Shown piece after piece: positions 50,160 to 59,992 of a DNA stretch of 64,000 nt (the first letter of the stretch is position 1; every line of letters begins with the position of its first letter). A model generated the notes under the pieces. The model ran no database searches. It worked only from the letters and a program-made list of their open reading frames with translations, and was not told where the DNA came from. The stretch spans positions 4,576,001 to 4,640,000 of the forward strand of contig CAWDXG010000004.1 of assembly GCA_963806225.1 (NCBI GenBank), given 5' to 3'. The position numbers and the translations under genes are program-made. The DNA is from an uncultured delta proteobacterium. GTDB taxonomy: Bacteria > Myxococcota_A > Polyangia > Polyangiales > Polyangiaceae.

Positions 50160-51358
50160 GGCGCTCGCTCTCGCTCGGTGTCGCGGCGGCGCTCCTCGCC
50201 GTCTCCGGCGTGGCCTCGGCGTACTGTCCCTCCTACACAGCGTCCAGCTCGTACAACTCACACAACTGCGGCGTGGAAGCGGTGAACGGGACGAACCCGA
50301 CGCCCGACCAGTGGCAGCCCATCTTCGCGCTGGTCGCGCAGGGGCCGAGCGTCTGGGGCAGCAAGGGGCCTTCGGTGAGCGACATCGGACAGGGCTGCGG
50401 CAAGCCCGAACCGCTGCACAGCGTCGCCGCGCGTTTTCCCTGCGAGGTGCTCAAGGCGATTGCGATGCAGGAATCGGGGTGGAAGCAGTTCTGCGTTCCC
50501 AGCACGCCAGCGGATCAGGTTGGCGGCGCGTCCCGCACCATTATCAGCTTCGACTGCGGCTACGGCATCGGGCAGGTGACCAGCGGCATGCACACCGGCG
50601 AGTCGCCCTCGTTCGATCGTTCCCGCGTGGCCAGCGACCCCACCTACAACCTGGCCACCGGTACACAGATCCTCGCCAGCAAGTGGAAAGCCACGAACTG
50701 CGTCGGTGACAACCAGCCCAGCATCGTGGAGGACTGGTACACCGCCGTGTGGGCGTACAACGGTCTCGCCTACGTCAACAACCCTTCGAACCCGACCTAC
50801 AGCTCCAGTCGCGGCGTGTGGAATCCGAAGTGCCGGTGGCGGCGCGCCGTACCAGGAACGGTGTTCGGCTGGGTGGAGCATCCGCCGGGCAATCCTGCCT
50901 ACTGGAAGAGCGTGGCACTGGCCTATCCGAACCCGGCCAACGTGGGCGGCAGCGGTTCGCCCCCGGCGCTTCCCGAGCCGAGCTGCGCCTCGCCGACGGA
51001 CTGCTCCAACAAGCGACAGGTGCACACCTCGTACTGCTTCTCGACCAACCCGGGCGACGCGGGGACCGCCGGCAGCGGCGGCAGCGGCACGGGCGGCTCG
51101 AGCGCCGGCGGTTCCGGCGGTCTTGGCACCGGCGGCTCTGCTGCCGGTGGCTCCGGCGGCGGCAACCCGTTGCCGGACGCGGCACCCGGCTACGACGCGG
51201 GCGCCGACGGCAGTCCCGCCAGCCAGCACTCGCGCGTGGTCGGCAGCAATTCGGGCTGCGCCTGCCGGCTCGGCAGCAGCGATCCGGCGTCCGGAGGGGC
51301 TCCGCTGTCGCTGATGATGATCGGGCTCCTGGCGTTCCGGCGCCGTCGCAGCGGCTGA
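50156..51358 (+). CDS. Lytic transglycosylase/lysozyme-like protein with MYXO-CTERM
   Basis: GTG overlapping the upstream stop; signal peptide; LKAIAMQESGW, GIGQV, DPTYNL..G..IL, AVWAYNG; GCAC + TM + RRRR. Confidence 0.78.
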   Translation: MRRSLSLGVAAALLAVSGVASAYCPSYTASSSYNSHNCGVEAVNGTNPTPDQWQPIFALVAQGPSVWGSKGPSVSDIGQGCGKPEPLHSVAARFPCEVLKAIAMQESGWKQFCVPSTPADQVGGASRTIISFDCGYGIGQVTSGMHTGESPSFDRSRVASDPTYNLATGTQILASKWKATNCVGDNQPSIVEDWYTAVWAYNGLAYVNNPSNPTYSSSRGVWNPKCRWRRAVPGTVFGWVEHPPGNPAYWKSVALAYPNPANVGGSGSPPALPEPSCASPTDCSNKRQVHTSYCFSTNPGDAGTAGSGGSGTGGSSAGGSGGLGTGGSAAGGSGGGNPLPDAAPGYDAGADGSPASQHSRVVGSNSGCACRLGSSDPASGGAPLSLMMIGLLAFRRRRSG

Positions 51359-51452
51359 GTGCGTCCCCGATACTTGGCCCGCCCGCTCCGGCTCACCGGA
51401 TAATTCCATCCGAGCCGCCGTGCGCGGCGAGCAGAGAGCCAAGGAGCCCATC

Positions 51453-52176
51453 ATGCAGCTATCCATCGCCGGTGCCCGGAGAGTACAGCCCCCTCCGCTG
51501 TGGTTCGTGACCAACGGGGAGATCACGGTCGGACCTGTACGCACCGGGCTGCTGCTCAGGGGCGTCGTCCACGGCCGCATTCCGGAGGAATGCCTGATCC
51601 GCGAGCTGCGCTGGAAGTCGTGGCGCGGCCTGGCGCAGATCCGCGAGGTCCGCGCGCTCCGGCAGCGTCAGGCGTGGGGCATCCTCTCCGCGGAAACGCC
51701 GGCGCCGCCCAACGCCGCGAACGCCGATCTGGTGCTGCGCCGTGCCGGCGATGCGCGGGAAGCGCTGTTGTTTTCCCTGAACGTGGCGGTGAAGCGCACC
51801 GGGGCCAGCGTGGGACTGTTGCACCGGGTGGATCGGACCCTGGTCCGAGCCGATCACCAGCTGCGCGCACGGTCCGGGCATGCACGGCCTGTTGAGCGCA
51901 TCGCTTCCCGACGCCGACTTGATGCTCGGCGCCGCGCGCGCTCGCCGCATCGTCATCGGGCGACCCGACGAGAGCGCCGTGCATCGGGCTTCGTCCGAGC
52001 GCCTCGACGGTGACGATCGCCCCCTCCGCGGCGTCTTGATGGCGCCGATCTGCGCTGGTCGGGAGCTGCTCGCGATGATCGAGCTCGGGCGCACCGACCA
52101 TCCCTTCCGTACCGCCGACGCCATGGCGCTCGAAGCGATCGTGGGCGCCGCTGCGCGCCGTCTCAGACCGAACTGA
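51453..52176 (+). CDS. GYF_2 (DUF4339)-like + GAF-like domain protein (apparent frameshift ~51845)
   Basis: AGGAG RBS; WFV.NG....GPV...L...V..G.I.....W..W; C-terminal VLMAPI.....LAMIELGR....F...D...LE. Confidence 0.6.
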
Positions 52177-52178
52177 GA

Positions 52179-53763
52179 CTAGAAGCCGAGGTCGTCGTAC
52201 GGGTCCTTGAGTCCTGTAGTGCGCGGCTTCTTCTTTGCCGGAGCGGGCCGGGCGTGGGGCTGCGTCGCTTTCGGCTTCGCAGCCGTGCGCTGCTTGGCCG
52301 CGCGCGCGGCGCCGGCATCCGCCGACTGCGCAGTCGCCGCACCGGCTTCGGACAGAGCCACGCCATGTTGCCGAGCCGGTGCGGGCGCCGGCGCGCTCGC
52401 GGCCGGTGCGCTGGGCGCAGGGACAGGAAGCGGCTGCGCGGGGCGCGCTGCCGAGGCGGAGCTGCCCGAGTCGTCGCGCAGCGCGTGGCTTCCTATCACA
52501 CCGACGGCGGCAGCCGCGCCGAGAGCCAGGACCGCCGCGCCGATCAGCGCGGGGCGGCGGCGTTTCCGCGGAGCGGCGGGCCCCGCCGGCACCGCCACCA
52601 GATCGGATTGGCTCCCGTGCGCCGTGCTCCCGCCGCCTGCGGACGCCGGTCGCGGTCCGGTCCCGTCGCCGATCGACACCGCCCGGAGCGACGAGTGACT
52701 CTCCTTGTCGGGCGACCACCCGTGCCCTTCCAGCGTGCCGGCGTCGTGCGCAGGCCGCTCGCCGCTGCGCGCGTCGGCCAGCTTGAGCGCACGCTGGATC
52801 GCCGCGCGGCGGCGGTCGAGCCGCTCCGAGAAGAGCGTGCGCAGGAACGCCGCGATCTCCTCGTCGCTGCTGGTGCCGGCCGCGGGCAGAGCGCGGTCGA
52901 GCGCCTGGGCCATCTTGTCGGCCGTCGCAAAGCGATCCGCCGGATCCTTCGCGAGCGCCTTGAGCACGACCTGCTCGAGGCGGCGCGGGTAGTCGCCTTT
53001 CGAGATCGCGCGGACGCGCGGGGCGGCTGCCAATGATATGCCGAACGGTCTCGGTCGAGGTCCCCCCCTTGAAGGGATGCCGCCCGAGCGTGAGCAGATA
53101 GAGCAGGATACCGGTGGCGAAGATGTCCGCCCGTCGATCCACTTCGTCGCAGCGCAGCTGCTCCGGCGCCATGTAGGCGATCTTGCCCTTGATCTGGCCG
53201 GCGCCCGTCGTCTCGACCAGCCGACTTGTGGCCTTGGCTACGCCGAAGTCCACGAGCTTGGTCACGCCCTCGTACGACACCAGCACGTTGTGCGGCGATA
53301 CGTCACGGTGCACGAGACCGAGCGGCTTGCCGTTGTCGTCGCGGAGCTCGTGCGCTGCGTGCAGTCCGCGACATACCTGGCTGGTGATGCGCACGGCTGC
53401 CGCGAGCGGCATCCCCCCCTGCCGCGCGGCTGCGCGCAGGATCAGGTTGAGCGGCTCGCCGTCGACCCACTCCATCACGAGGTAGAGCAGACCGTCCTGC
53501 TCGCCCAGGTCCAGGATCTCCGCCACGTGCGGATGGCGGATGCGCGAAGCCAGCGCGGCTTCGTCGAGGAACATCTGCTCGAAGCGTGGGTCGTTGCTGA
53601 CCGTCGGCAGCAAGGTCTTGATGGAGACGATCTTCTGGAAGCCGCGCGTGCCCTTGAGCCGGGCCGCCCAGACCGAGCCCATGCCGCCCTCGGCGATCGG
53701 CAGCAGCAGCTCGTAGCGACCGAGCAGATGGCCCGCCTCGACGTCGCCGAGCGCAGCTACCAC
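52179..53763 (-). CDS. Hanks-type Ser/Thr kinase with TM helix (apparent frameshift ~53010)
   Basis: IAEGGMGSVW, SIK, HRDVSPHN, DFG, YMAPEQ; C-lobe end KALAKDPADRF lies in the second frame. Confidence 0.88.
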
Positions 53764-53933
53764 CGCGCCACCTCGCTTCCCGCCGCAGCGCGGCGCGAGG
53801 CATGGCACCTCCGGCGCGCGCCGGAGCACCCTGGCGGGAGGACGAGGCTACCCACGACTCTACGATTGTGCGGGAAAATTCCCGCGCCGGCACCCACTGA
53901 TGTCATGCGCGGCGAACGGCGTCCCGGCGGCGC

Positions 53934-53962
53934 TTGACATCAGACGACATTGGTCGGACCAT
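53934..53962 (+). promoter_or_regulatory. sigma70-type promoter with overlapping FadR-type operator
   Basis: TTGACA (53934) - 17 bp - GACCAT (53957); palindrome TGGT-CGG-ACCA (53951-53961) matches the FadR-subfamily TGGT-N3-ACCA consensus. Confidence 0.65.
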
Positions 53963-53969
53963 TCGCCCA

Positions 53970-54716
53970 ATGTCGTTCGGTCCTCTCGAGCCCCGGCAGT
54001 CCGCCGTGGACGCCTGCGCCGCCGCGATCCGCCGGGCGATCCTGGGCGGAGAGCTCGCTGTCGGCAGCCGTTTGCCGCCCGAGCGCGAGCTGGCAGCGAG
54101 CTTTGGCGTCAACCGCGTCACGGTGCGCAGCGCCCTGGGAAAGCTGGCCACGGCGCGCCTCTTGAGCGTGCGTCAGGGCAGTGGGTACCTCGTGCTCGAC
54201 TTCCGCCGCGAGGGCGGCCCGGAGCTCATCCCCGGGCTCTCCGAGCTGGCCGGGGCCGCCGACCTCGCGGACGTCGCGCGCGACCTGCTTCTGGTCCGCC
54301 GCCAGCTCGCTCGCGCGGTACTCGAGCGGCTCGCCGAGCGCCACGACGACGCGGCCTGCGACGCGATCCGCGCGGCCGTCGAGCGCTTCAGCTCGATCGC
54401 CGAGCGCGGTGCGGATACGCGCGAGGTCGCGCGCGCCGACCTCGACGTCGTCGCGGCGATCCTCGACGCAACGCACAGTGCCGTGCTGCGGCTCTGTCAC
54501 AACCCCGTGCTCGCCGTCGTGAGCGAGATGCCGGAGCTGTGCGACGCCATCTACGCCGAGCCCGAGCAGAGCATCGAGGGCTACCGCGCTCTCCTCGCGT
54601 GGCTCGAAGCGCCCCGCGCGGATCTCGTCGACGGCATTGTCGGCGAGCTCGCGCGCCGCGACGCGGCCACGCTCTCGCGCCTCCAGCGCTCCAGCAACAG
54701 GAAGAATAGCCGATGA
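53970..54716 (+). CDS. GntR/FadR-family transcriptional regulator
   Basis: GSRLPPERELAASFGVNRVTVRSAL...RQGSG wHTH; all-helical C-terminal domain. Confidence 0.9.
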   Translation: MSFGPLEPRQSAVDACAAAIRRAILGGELAVGSRLPPERELAASFGVNRVTVRSALGKLATARLLSVRQGSGYLVLDFRREGGPELIPGLSELAGAADLADVARDLLLVRRQLARAVLERLAERHDDAACDAIRAAVERFSSIAERGADTREVARADLDVVAAILDATHSAVLRLCHNPVLAVVSEMPELCDAIYAEPEQSIEGYRALLAWLEAPRADLVDGIVGELARRDAATLSRLQRSSNRKNSR

Positions 54717-55471
54717 CCCAGGTCCAGTCCGTACCCGCCGCCGCCGTGCCCCGCCGTGAGCAGTACGAGGTCGCGCCGCGCGAGCCCGTCGCCTGGCATG
54801 CGTACGCAGTGCTGTTCTCGCCGGCGCGGATCCTCGAAGGGCTCGAGCGCGTCGGCGAGGCCGGGCTGGTGGAGCGCCTGCCGAACCTCTGGCAGATCGA
54901 GCTCGGCGTGCTCCGGATGTGGCACCGCGTGCTGTTCCGCCCGGATTCGATCGGCACCAGTCGTTCGAACCCCGTGCGTCCGGGTTGGCGCGCACGCCTG
55001 CTCCACTACCGCTTGTTGCGCTTTCCGTTCCTCGTGAGGGAAAGGGCGATCGCGCCGTTCGACTTCTCTGGCCTCGTGAGCTCGCCCTCCCGCATCGTGA
55101 CCCATCTGCTCGGGGCGCATCACGACGAAAACCAGTTCGTGTACGACCTCGAGCTCCTCTCCGCCTACCCGGGCAGGCTCGAACAGGTGTGTGGGCTGGC
55201 CCGGCACGTCGTCGAAGCGGACATTCCGCGCAGCCGTTGGCTCCGCGATCTCGTGGTCTACGAGCGCTATCACGAGAACCTCGTTGCCGCCGTGGAGCGC
55301 GCGCTCGAAGGCGACTTCAGTCTGCCGCCCGACGAAGCGGACAACCCCGACATCTCCTTCGTTGCGTATCTCCGCTGGTGCGCGTCCCAGCCCGCGACGC
55401 CCGCCGAAACCTGGATGCTGTGGCGCGCCGGCCGCTACAGCGTCCCCGACGGTGTGCAGGGAGCCGCGTGA
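54713..55471 (+). CDS. Hypothetical protein
   Basis: ATGA overlap with the regulator; protein-like composition; no family recognised. Confidence 0.75.
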   Translation: MTQVQSVPAAAVPRREQYEVAPREPVAWHAYAVLFSPARILEGLERVGEAGLVERLPNLWQIELGVLRMWHRVLFRPDSIGTSRSNPVRPGWRARLLHYRLLRFPFLVRERAIAPFDFSGLVSSPSRIVTHLLGAHHDENQFVYDLELLSAYPGRLEQVCGLARHVVEADIPRSRWLRDLVVYERYHENLVAAVERALEGDFSLPPDEADNPDISFVAYLRWCASQPATPAETWMLWRAGRYSVPDGVQGAA

Positions 55472-56034
55472 AGGCCAGCGACTTCCTCGGCATGAGCCGC
55501 CGCCAGCTGCTCGACGCGCTGTGCGCGGGCCACGCCATCGACCCGGCCGCGCTCGACGACACGGAGTACAAGGGCGTGAGCCTGGGGCTGCCCGGATTCA
55601 TCGACCGGCTGAGCTGGAAGACGTTCAAGAAGACTTTCCACCGCGACCCGCAAAGCGGCTACCTCCGCGGCTGGAACGTGCGCCTCGAGCAACACGGCAT
55701 CGACGCGCCCTGCGTGGCGATGAAGGACAAGCGCGGCGAGCCGCTCAGCTTCGGGCACTATCGCGTGGTCGACCCCGCCGGCTATCGCATGCCGAAACCC
55801 GCGAACCGCGGCCTGGTCATCGACTACGGTCTCGGAGGCAACCCGGGCCTCTCCTTCACCAACCGCCTGCGCGACCCCATCGTGGCCGTGCACGAGGGCG
55901 ATCCGACCCTGTTGCTCGGCTGGTCGTACGTGGATCTGGGCGCGCTCCGCTTCGGCACCCCGAGCTTCTTCACCCTCGAGCTCGACGGAGCGCTGTCGCA
56001 GCCGGTGGCGCCGCCCCGCTCGCCGCGCGGCTGA
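55468..56034 (+). CDS. Hypothetical protein
   Basis: GTGA overlap; W..F.K.F...GWN...IDYG..GNP...LRD.IV....LLLG pattern. Confidence 0.75.
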   Translation: MKASDFLGMSRRQLLDALCAGHAIDPAALDDTEYKGVSLGLPGFIDRLSWKTFKKTFHRDPQSGYLRGWNVRLEQHGIDAPCVAMKDKRGEPLSFGHYRVVDPAGYRMPKPANRGLVIDYGLGGNPGLSFTNRLRDPIVAVHEGDPTLLLGWSYVDLGALRFGTPSFFTLELDGALSQPVAPPRSPRG

Positions 56035-56066
56035 CGTCGCTGCTGGGCGCGCTATGCTGGAGCCCG

Positions 56067-57026
56067 ATGCGGCTACGTCTCCTTGCGTTGTGCGCGCTCT
56101 GCCTTGCCGCGGGGGCGGGCTGCGACGACACGCACAGCGCCCAGGCCGCGCAGCTGCCGTCAGCCAAGCCGCCGACGAGCGCGGTCCACAACACGCTGCC
56201 GCCCCTGCCGCCGAAACCCAGCCGAAGGCTCGTACCCGCGAAGTACCCCGCCGATCGCGTCCAGTCGCCGATCACCGAATTCGTCGCCCACAGCCTGCGC
56301 CGCATCGCCGCTCGCAATCCCGATCTCCACGACGACCGTTTCATCAAGATAGGCGACTCGATCACGGTGAGCGGCAACTTCCTTTACTGCTTCTCCGGCG
56401 ACCACGTCGATCTCGGAAAGTACGCCGCGCTCGAAAAGACGCTGCTCCACTTCCACGCCGGCGCCGACGCGGGCCTCGACCCTTTCGCGCGCCGCAGCCA
56501 CGCAGCGGGCGTTGGCTGGAGCGCGTTCCAGGCGCTCGACGGCAAGCCGCCGGTCATGATCGCGGAGGAGAACGCGCTGAACGCGCGCTTTGCCGTGGTG
56601 ATGTTCGGCACCAACGACATGGAGATGGGCAAGCCCAGGCGTTTCTCGCGCGACCTCGCGGACATCGTCGACCGGCTCGTGAAGCGCGGAGTGGTCCCGA
56701 TCCTCTCCACGATCCCGCCGCGTGGCGACCGCCACGACCGGAACGCGCTCGTGCCGGAGTACGACGCCGCCATCCGCCACCTCGCCGAAGCGCGCCAGAT
56801 CCCGCTGGTCGACTACCACCACGCGCTGATGGCCGCCCCACACCACGGCCTCGGCCACGACGGCATCCACCCCTCCGTCTACAAGGGCCCGCTCGGCCGC
56901 AGCCCCTGCGACTTCAGCGGCAAGGGGCTCGGCTACGGCTTCAATCTGCGGAACATGCTCACCCTCCAGGCCCTCGACCGCAGCTGGCGCGCCCTCCACA
57001 CAGGCAAAGCGCTCGACCCGGGTTGA
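56067..57026 (+). CDS. SGNH/GDSL hydrolase lipoprotein
   Basis: Lipobox GAGC; IGDSIT, FGTND, DGIHP. Confidence 0.88.
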   Translation: MRLRLLALCALCLAAGAGCDDTHSAQAAQLPSAKPPTSAVHNTLPPLPPKPSRRLVPAKYPADRVQSPITEFVAHSLRRIAARNPDLHDDRFIKIGDSITVSGNFLYCFSGDHVDLGKYAALEKTLLHFHAGADAGLDPFARRSHAAGVGWSAFQALDGKPPVMIAEENALNARFAVVMFGTNDMEMGKPRRFSRDLADIVDRLVKRGVVPILSTIPPRGDRHDRNALVPEYDAAIRHLAEARQIPLVDYHHALMAAPHHGLGHDGIHPSVYKGPLGRSPCDFSGKGLGYGFNLRNMLTLQALDRSWRALHTGKALDPG

Positions 57027-57145
57027 GGTTGGGGGTCCTGGCAGCCGCTCCACGTCAAGGATACGCCACCCTCGCGCCGCGCTGGGCACCCGGCTTCGTC
57101 CTGGCGCGCCTGGGCTTCCCTGTGGTCAACCATGGCCCTGGTCTT

Positions 57146-57212
57146 GTCCGGAAAGCGGACATTCTGCCCGTCATGACCGGTCGCGGGGAGGTGAAATGTC
57201 CGCTTTCCGGAC
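57146..57212. repeat. Perfect 18-bp inverted repeat, 31-bp spacer
   Basis: gtccggaaagcggacatt (57146-57163) and aatgtccgctttccggac (57195-57212). Confidence 0.85.
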
Positions 57213-57469
57213 GTCTGGACCGGTATGGGTATCCATCGGGAAACTCCGGGGCGGCAGCGCGCACGCAGACGCGCGGTCACCCTGGCCCGTCGGCGCCGAC
57301 GTGATGGCCGCGCCTATGCCTCGACGTGATCCAGCGTCAGCGCCGCCTGGGGCGGCCATCCACGCACGAAGCGGATCCGACGTTCCATCGCCGGATCCGC
57401 CCGCTTCCGCCGGGTCCGGGCGCCGTGGTGCTGGCCCGTCGCTCGTCGATGCACTATTGCCGTCAGCGG

Positions 57470-58210
57470 ATGAGCTGGATCGAAGGCACGATCACGATGC
57501 GCCGCGAGTGGGCGGAGGGGTTGATGACGCTCGGGCTCGACGCGGAGATCGAGCCGTACGCCGCGGGGCAGTTCGTCAATCTGGGGCTCGACATCGGCGG
57601 CACGCTGGTGCGCCGCTCGTATTCGATCGCCTCGCCGCCCGGCGGTCCGCTCGAGTTCTATCTGAATCTGGTGGAGGGCGGCGTGCTCACGCCGCGGCTG
57701 TTCGAGCTGCCACTGGGCGCAGGCGTGCAGGTGCAGAAGACGCCGCAGGGGTTCTTCACGCTCGGCTACGTGCCGCCGGCCAGGGAGCTGTGGATGGTGG
57801 CCACGGGAACGGGGCTGGGTCCGTTCATGGCCATGCTGGGCACCAAGGAGCCGTGGCAGCGCTTCGAGCGCATCGTGGTCGTGCACGGCGTGCGCATCGC
57901 GGCGCATCTCGCCTACGCTAGCGAGCTCGCCGATCTGTCGCGCGCGCACGGCGGCAGGCTCGTGCGCGTGCCGGCGGTCACGCGACAACCGGACGCAGAG
58001 GGCGTGCTGCACGGGCGCATCACGGAGCTGCTCGAACGGGGCGAAATCGAGCGCACTGCCGGGCTCACGCTCTCGCCGGAGCGCTCGCACCTGATGCTCT
58101 GCGGCAACCCCGGCATGATCGCCGACACCATCGAGCTCCTGAAGGGCCGCGGCCTGCGCAAGCACCGCGTGCGCAATCCGGGGCACATCTCCATAGAGAA
58201 ATACTGGTAG
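57470..58210 (+). CDS. fpr: Ferredoxin--NADP+ reductase (bacterial FPR)
   Basis: RSYSIAS, G.LTPRL, ATGTGLGPF, MLCGNPGMI, C-terminal EKYW. Confidence 0.92.
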   Translation: MSWIEGTITMRREWAEGLMTLGLDAEIEPYAAGQFVNLGLDIGGTLVRRSYSIASPPGGPLEFYLNLVEGGVLTPRLFELPLGAGVQVQKTPQGFFTLGYVPPARELWMVATGTGLGPFMAMLGTKEPWQRFERIVVVHGVRIAAHLAYASELADLSRAHGGRLVRVPAVTRQPDAEGVLHGRITELLERGEIERTAGLTLSPERSHLMLCGNPGMIADTIELLKGRGLRKHRVRNPGHISIEKYW

Positions 58211-58212
58211 AG

Positions 58213-58776
58213 CTACTTGCGCGTGATCTGGCCCCAGGCGCCGTCACGTTCGTCGCTGCCGACCTTGACGCGGTGTACGTGGAGGATCACGCGCGTCACG
58301 CGCGAGGTGACCGAGAGCCGGATCCTCCGCTGCTGGTCCTGCTTCTGGAACACGGCTTCCGAGCCCAGCGTCGGGAGCGGGAACGTCAGCTCGTTGCTGC
58401 CGTCGTCGTGGAGCTGCCCGCCCACCAGCCGCGCTCCGAGAAAGGCGTGGTTGGGATCGCTCTGTCCCGTGGCCAGATCGATGACCTCCACGCACTCGAG
58501 CCGGCTGTCGACGCTGTAGACGCGATTGCGCGTCCAGATCTCGTAGGTGCGGCGCGCGTGTGGCCCGAGCGCGGCCGGCCCGGAGAGCCGCCGCACTTCC
58601 ACCTCGATCTCTTGGCCCGGCGTGCTCGCCGGGATCTGCGAATCGCGCGCTGCCGGCGCTTGACCCGGGTCGGTTCCGTCCTCCGGATCCCAGTCCGGCG
58701 GCGACCAGACGATGGTGGGCTCGTCGTCCCACATCGTGGGAGCCGGGTCACGCTTCCCGCCCTTCCGCTGGCTCAT
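58213..58776 (-). CDS. Hypothetical protein
   Basis: GGAGG RBS; YEIWTRNRVY...CVEV.D...G....H...GA.LVGG...TSRV.RV globular domain. Confidence 0.7.
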   Translation of the reverse strand: MSQRKGGKRDPAPTMWDDEPTIVWSPPDWDPEDGTDPGQAPAARDSQIPASTPGQEIEVEVRRLSGPAALGPHARRTYEIWTRNRVYSVDSRLECVEVIDLATGQSDPNHAFLGARLVGGQLHDDGSNELTFPLPTLGSEAVFQKQDQQRRIRLSVTSRVTRVILHVHRVKVGSDERDGAWGQITRK

Positions 58777-58798
58777 CCTCCCCAGGATATCACGAGCG

Positions 58799-59515
58799 TC
58801 ACGCCCGCCCGTAGACCGGGATAGCCGCTCCGGAGATGTCGCGCGCGGCGTCCGAGAGCAGGAATGCGATGACCTCGGCGAGCGAGTCGGGCGTTACCCA
58901 GTGATCGTGGGGCGCCTCGGGCATGCCCCGGCGGTTGGCGGGCGTGTCGATCGTGCTCGGCAGGACCACGTTCACGCGCACGCCGCTCTCCAGCACTTCC
59001 GCGGCCACCGCCTGGGCGAGGGCGACCAGCCCCGCCTTGGACGCGGCGTAGGCTGCGGCGTGGGTGCTCTCCCACGGCCTGACGGCGGCGCGCGAGCCAA
59101 TCAGCACCACGCTACCTCTGCCTGCCGACACCAGTCCGGGCAACAGCGCGCGCAGGCTGTGCTGTGCCGTCTCCAGGTTGGCGTTCATCATGGAACGCCA
59201 CACGGCCTCGTCGCTCTCGTGGAAGGGCTTGCCGCCGTTCCAGCCGCCCGCGATCAGCACGGCGCTGTCCGGTGCGCCGTGCTCGCGGCCGACGTGGGCC
59301 AGCCCCTCTTCCCACGCGGTCGGCGAGCTCACGTCCAGCGGGAGCCCGACACAGCGGTCGCCGCTGTCGTCCGACAGCTTCTGCAGGCGGTCGGCGGCCG
59401 CCGGCAGATCGACCGCCGTCACGCGCCGCCCGCCAGCGAGCAGCCGCGCTACCACGTGGGAACCGAGGGCGCCGGCAGCGCCCGTGACTACCGTCAATCG
59501 TCCAGAATCCGTCAT
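58799..59515 (-). CDS. SDR oxidoreductase
   Basis: TGAAGALG, YAASK, VLPSTIDTPANR. Confidence 0.92.
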   Translation of the reverse strand: MTDSGRLTVVTGAAGALGSHVVARLLAGGRRVTAVDLPAAADRLQKLSDDSGDRCVGLPLDVSSPTAWEEGLAHVGREHGAPDSAVLIAGGWNGGKPFHESDEAVWRSMMNANLETAQHSLRALLPGLVSAGRGSVVLIGSRAAVRPWESTHAAAYAASKAGLVALAQAVAAEVLESGVRVNVVLPSTIDTPANRRGMPEAPHDHWVTPDSLAEVIAFLLSDAARDISGAAIPVYGRA

Positions 59516-59596
59516 CCGTCGTCCATAGGTCGTTCCCGGCCGGGACGCACCCAGTGCGGTGCATGCCGGGTCGGACTGCGCTAGGACGGCGGGGCC

Positions 59597-59992
59597 ATGG
59601 CCGACCCCACCGGGCGCGAGCCCCCCGATGCTGCTCCGGACGACGATAAAAGCAACACGCCGCCTGGCGCCAGCGAGGACGAAGCGAGCGACGAGCGCGA
59701 GCCAGGCGCCAGCGAGGACGAAGCGAGCGACGACCGGGTGCCCGGCGACTGGCAGGACGTCAAGCGGTACCTCATCGGTCTAATGGCCCTCATTGTCCTC
59801 GCCGTCATCGTCATGTTCGTCGTTGCCGTGTACGAGTACCGCCACTACGCCGGCGCCAAGGCCGAGGACACGAAGATGATCCCCGAAAACCAGGACGTGA
59901 TGCGCCAGGGCGCCCTGCCCGAGCGCCTGCGCAAGGTGCGCGGGATGCAGAAGGCGCAGCCGTCCGCGGTTCCCTCGGCTCGCCCGCGCTAG
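59597..59992 (+). CDS. Single-pass membrane hypothetical protein
   Basis: Acidic N-terminus with duplicated PGASEDEASD, one strong TM helix. Confidence 0.65.
   Translation: MADPTGREPPDAAPDDDKSNTPPGASEDEASDEREPGASEDEASDDRVPGDWQDVKRYLIGLMALIVLAVIVMFVVAVYEYRHYAGAKAEDTKMIPENQDVMRQGALPERLRKVRGMQKAQPSAVPSARPR
59666..59733. repeat. Direct repeat, 29 bp x2, period 39
   Basis: ggcgccagcgaggacgaagcgagcgacga at 59666 and 59705. Confidence 0.85.

Noticed and set aside
48755..51358. 867-aa propeller-transglycosylase fusion in the ORF track
   Set aside because: Artefact of a frameshift near 49950; the first gene ends at TGA 50159 and the second has its own signal peptide.
51453..51660. GYF-like domain as binder of the PPPPGY repeats at 60664
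   Set aside because: The repeat protein has a signal peptide while the GYF_2 protein appears cytoplasmic; Pro-binding by GYF_2 is not established to my knowledge.
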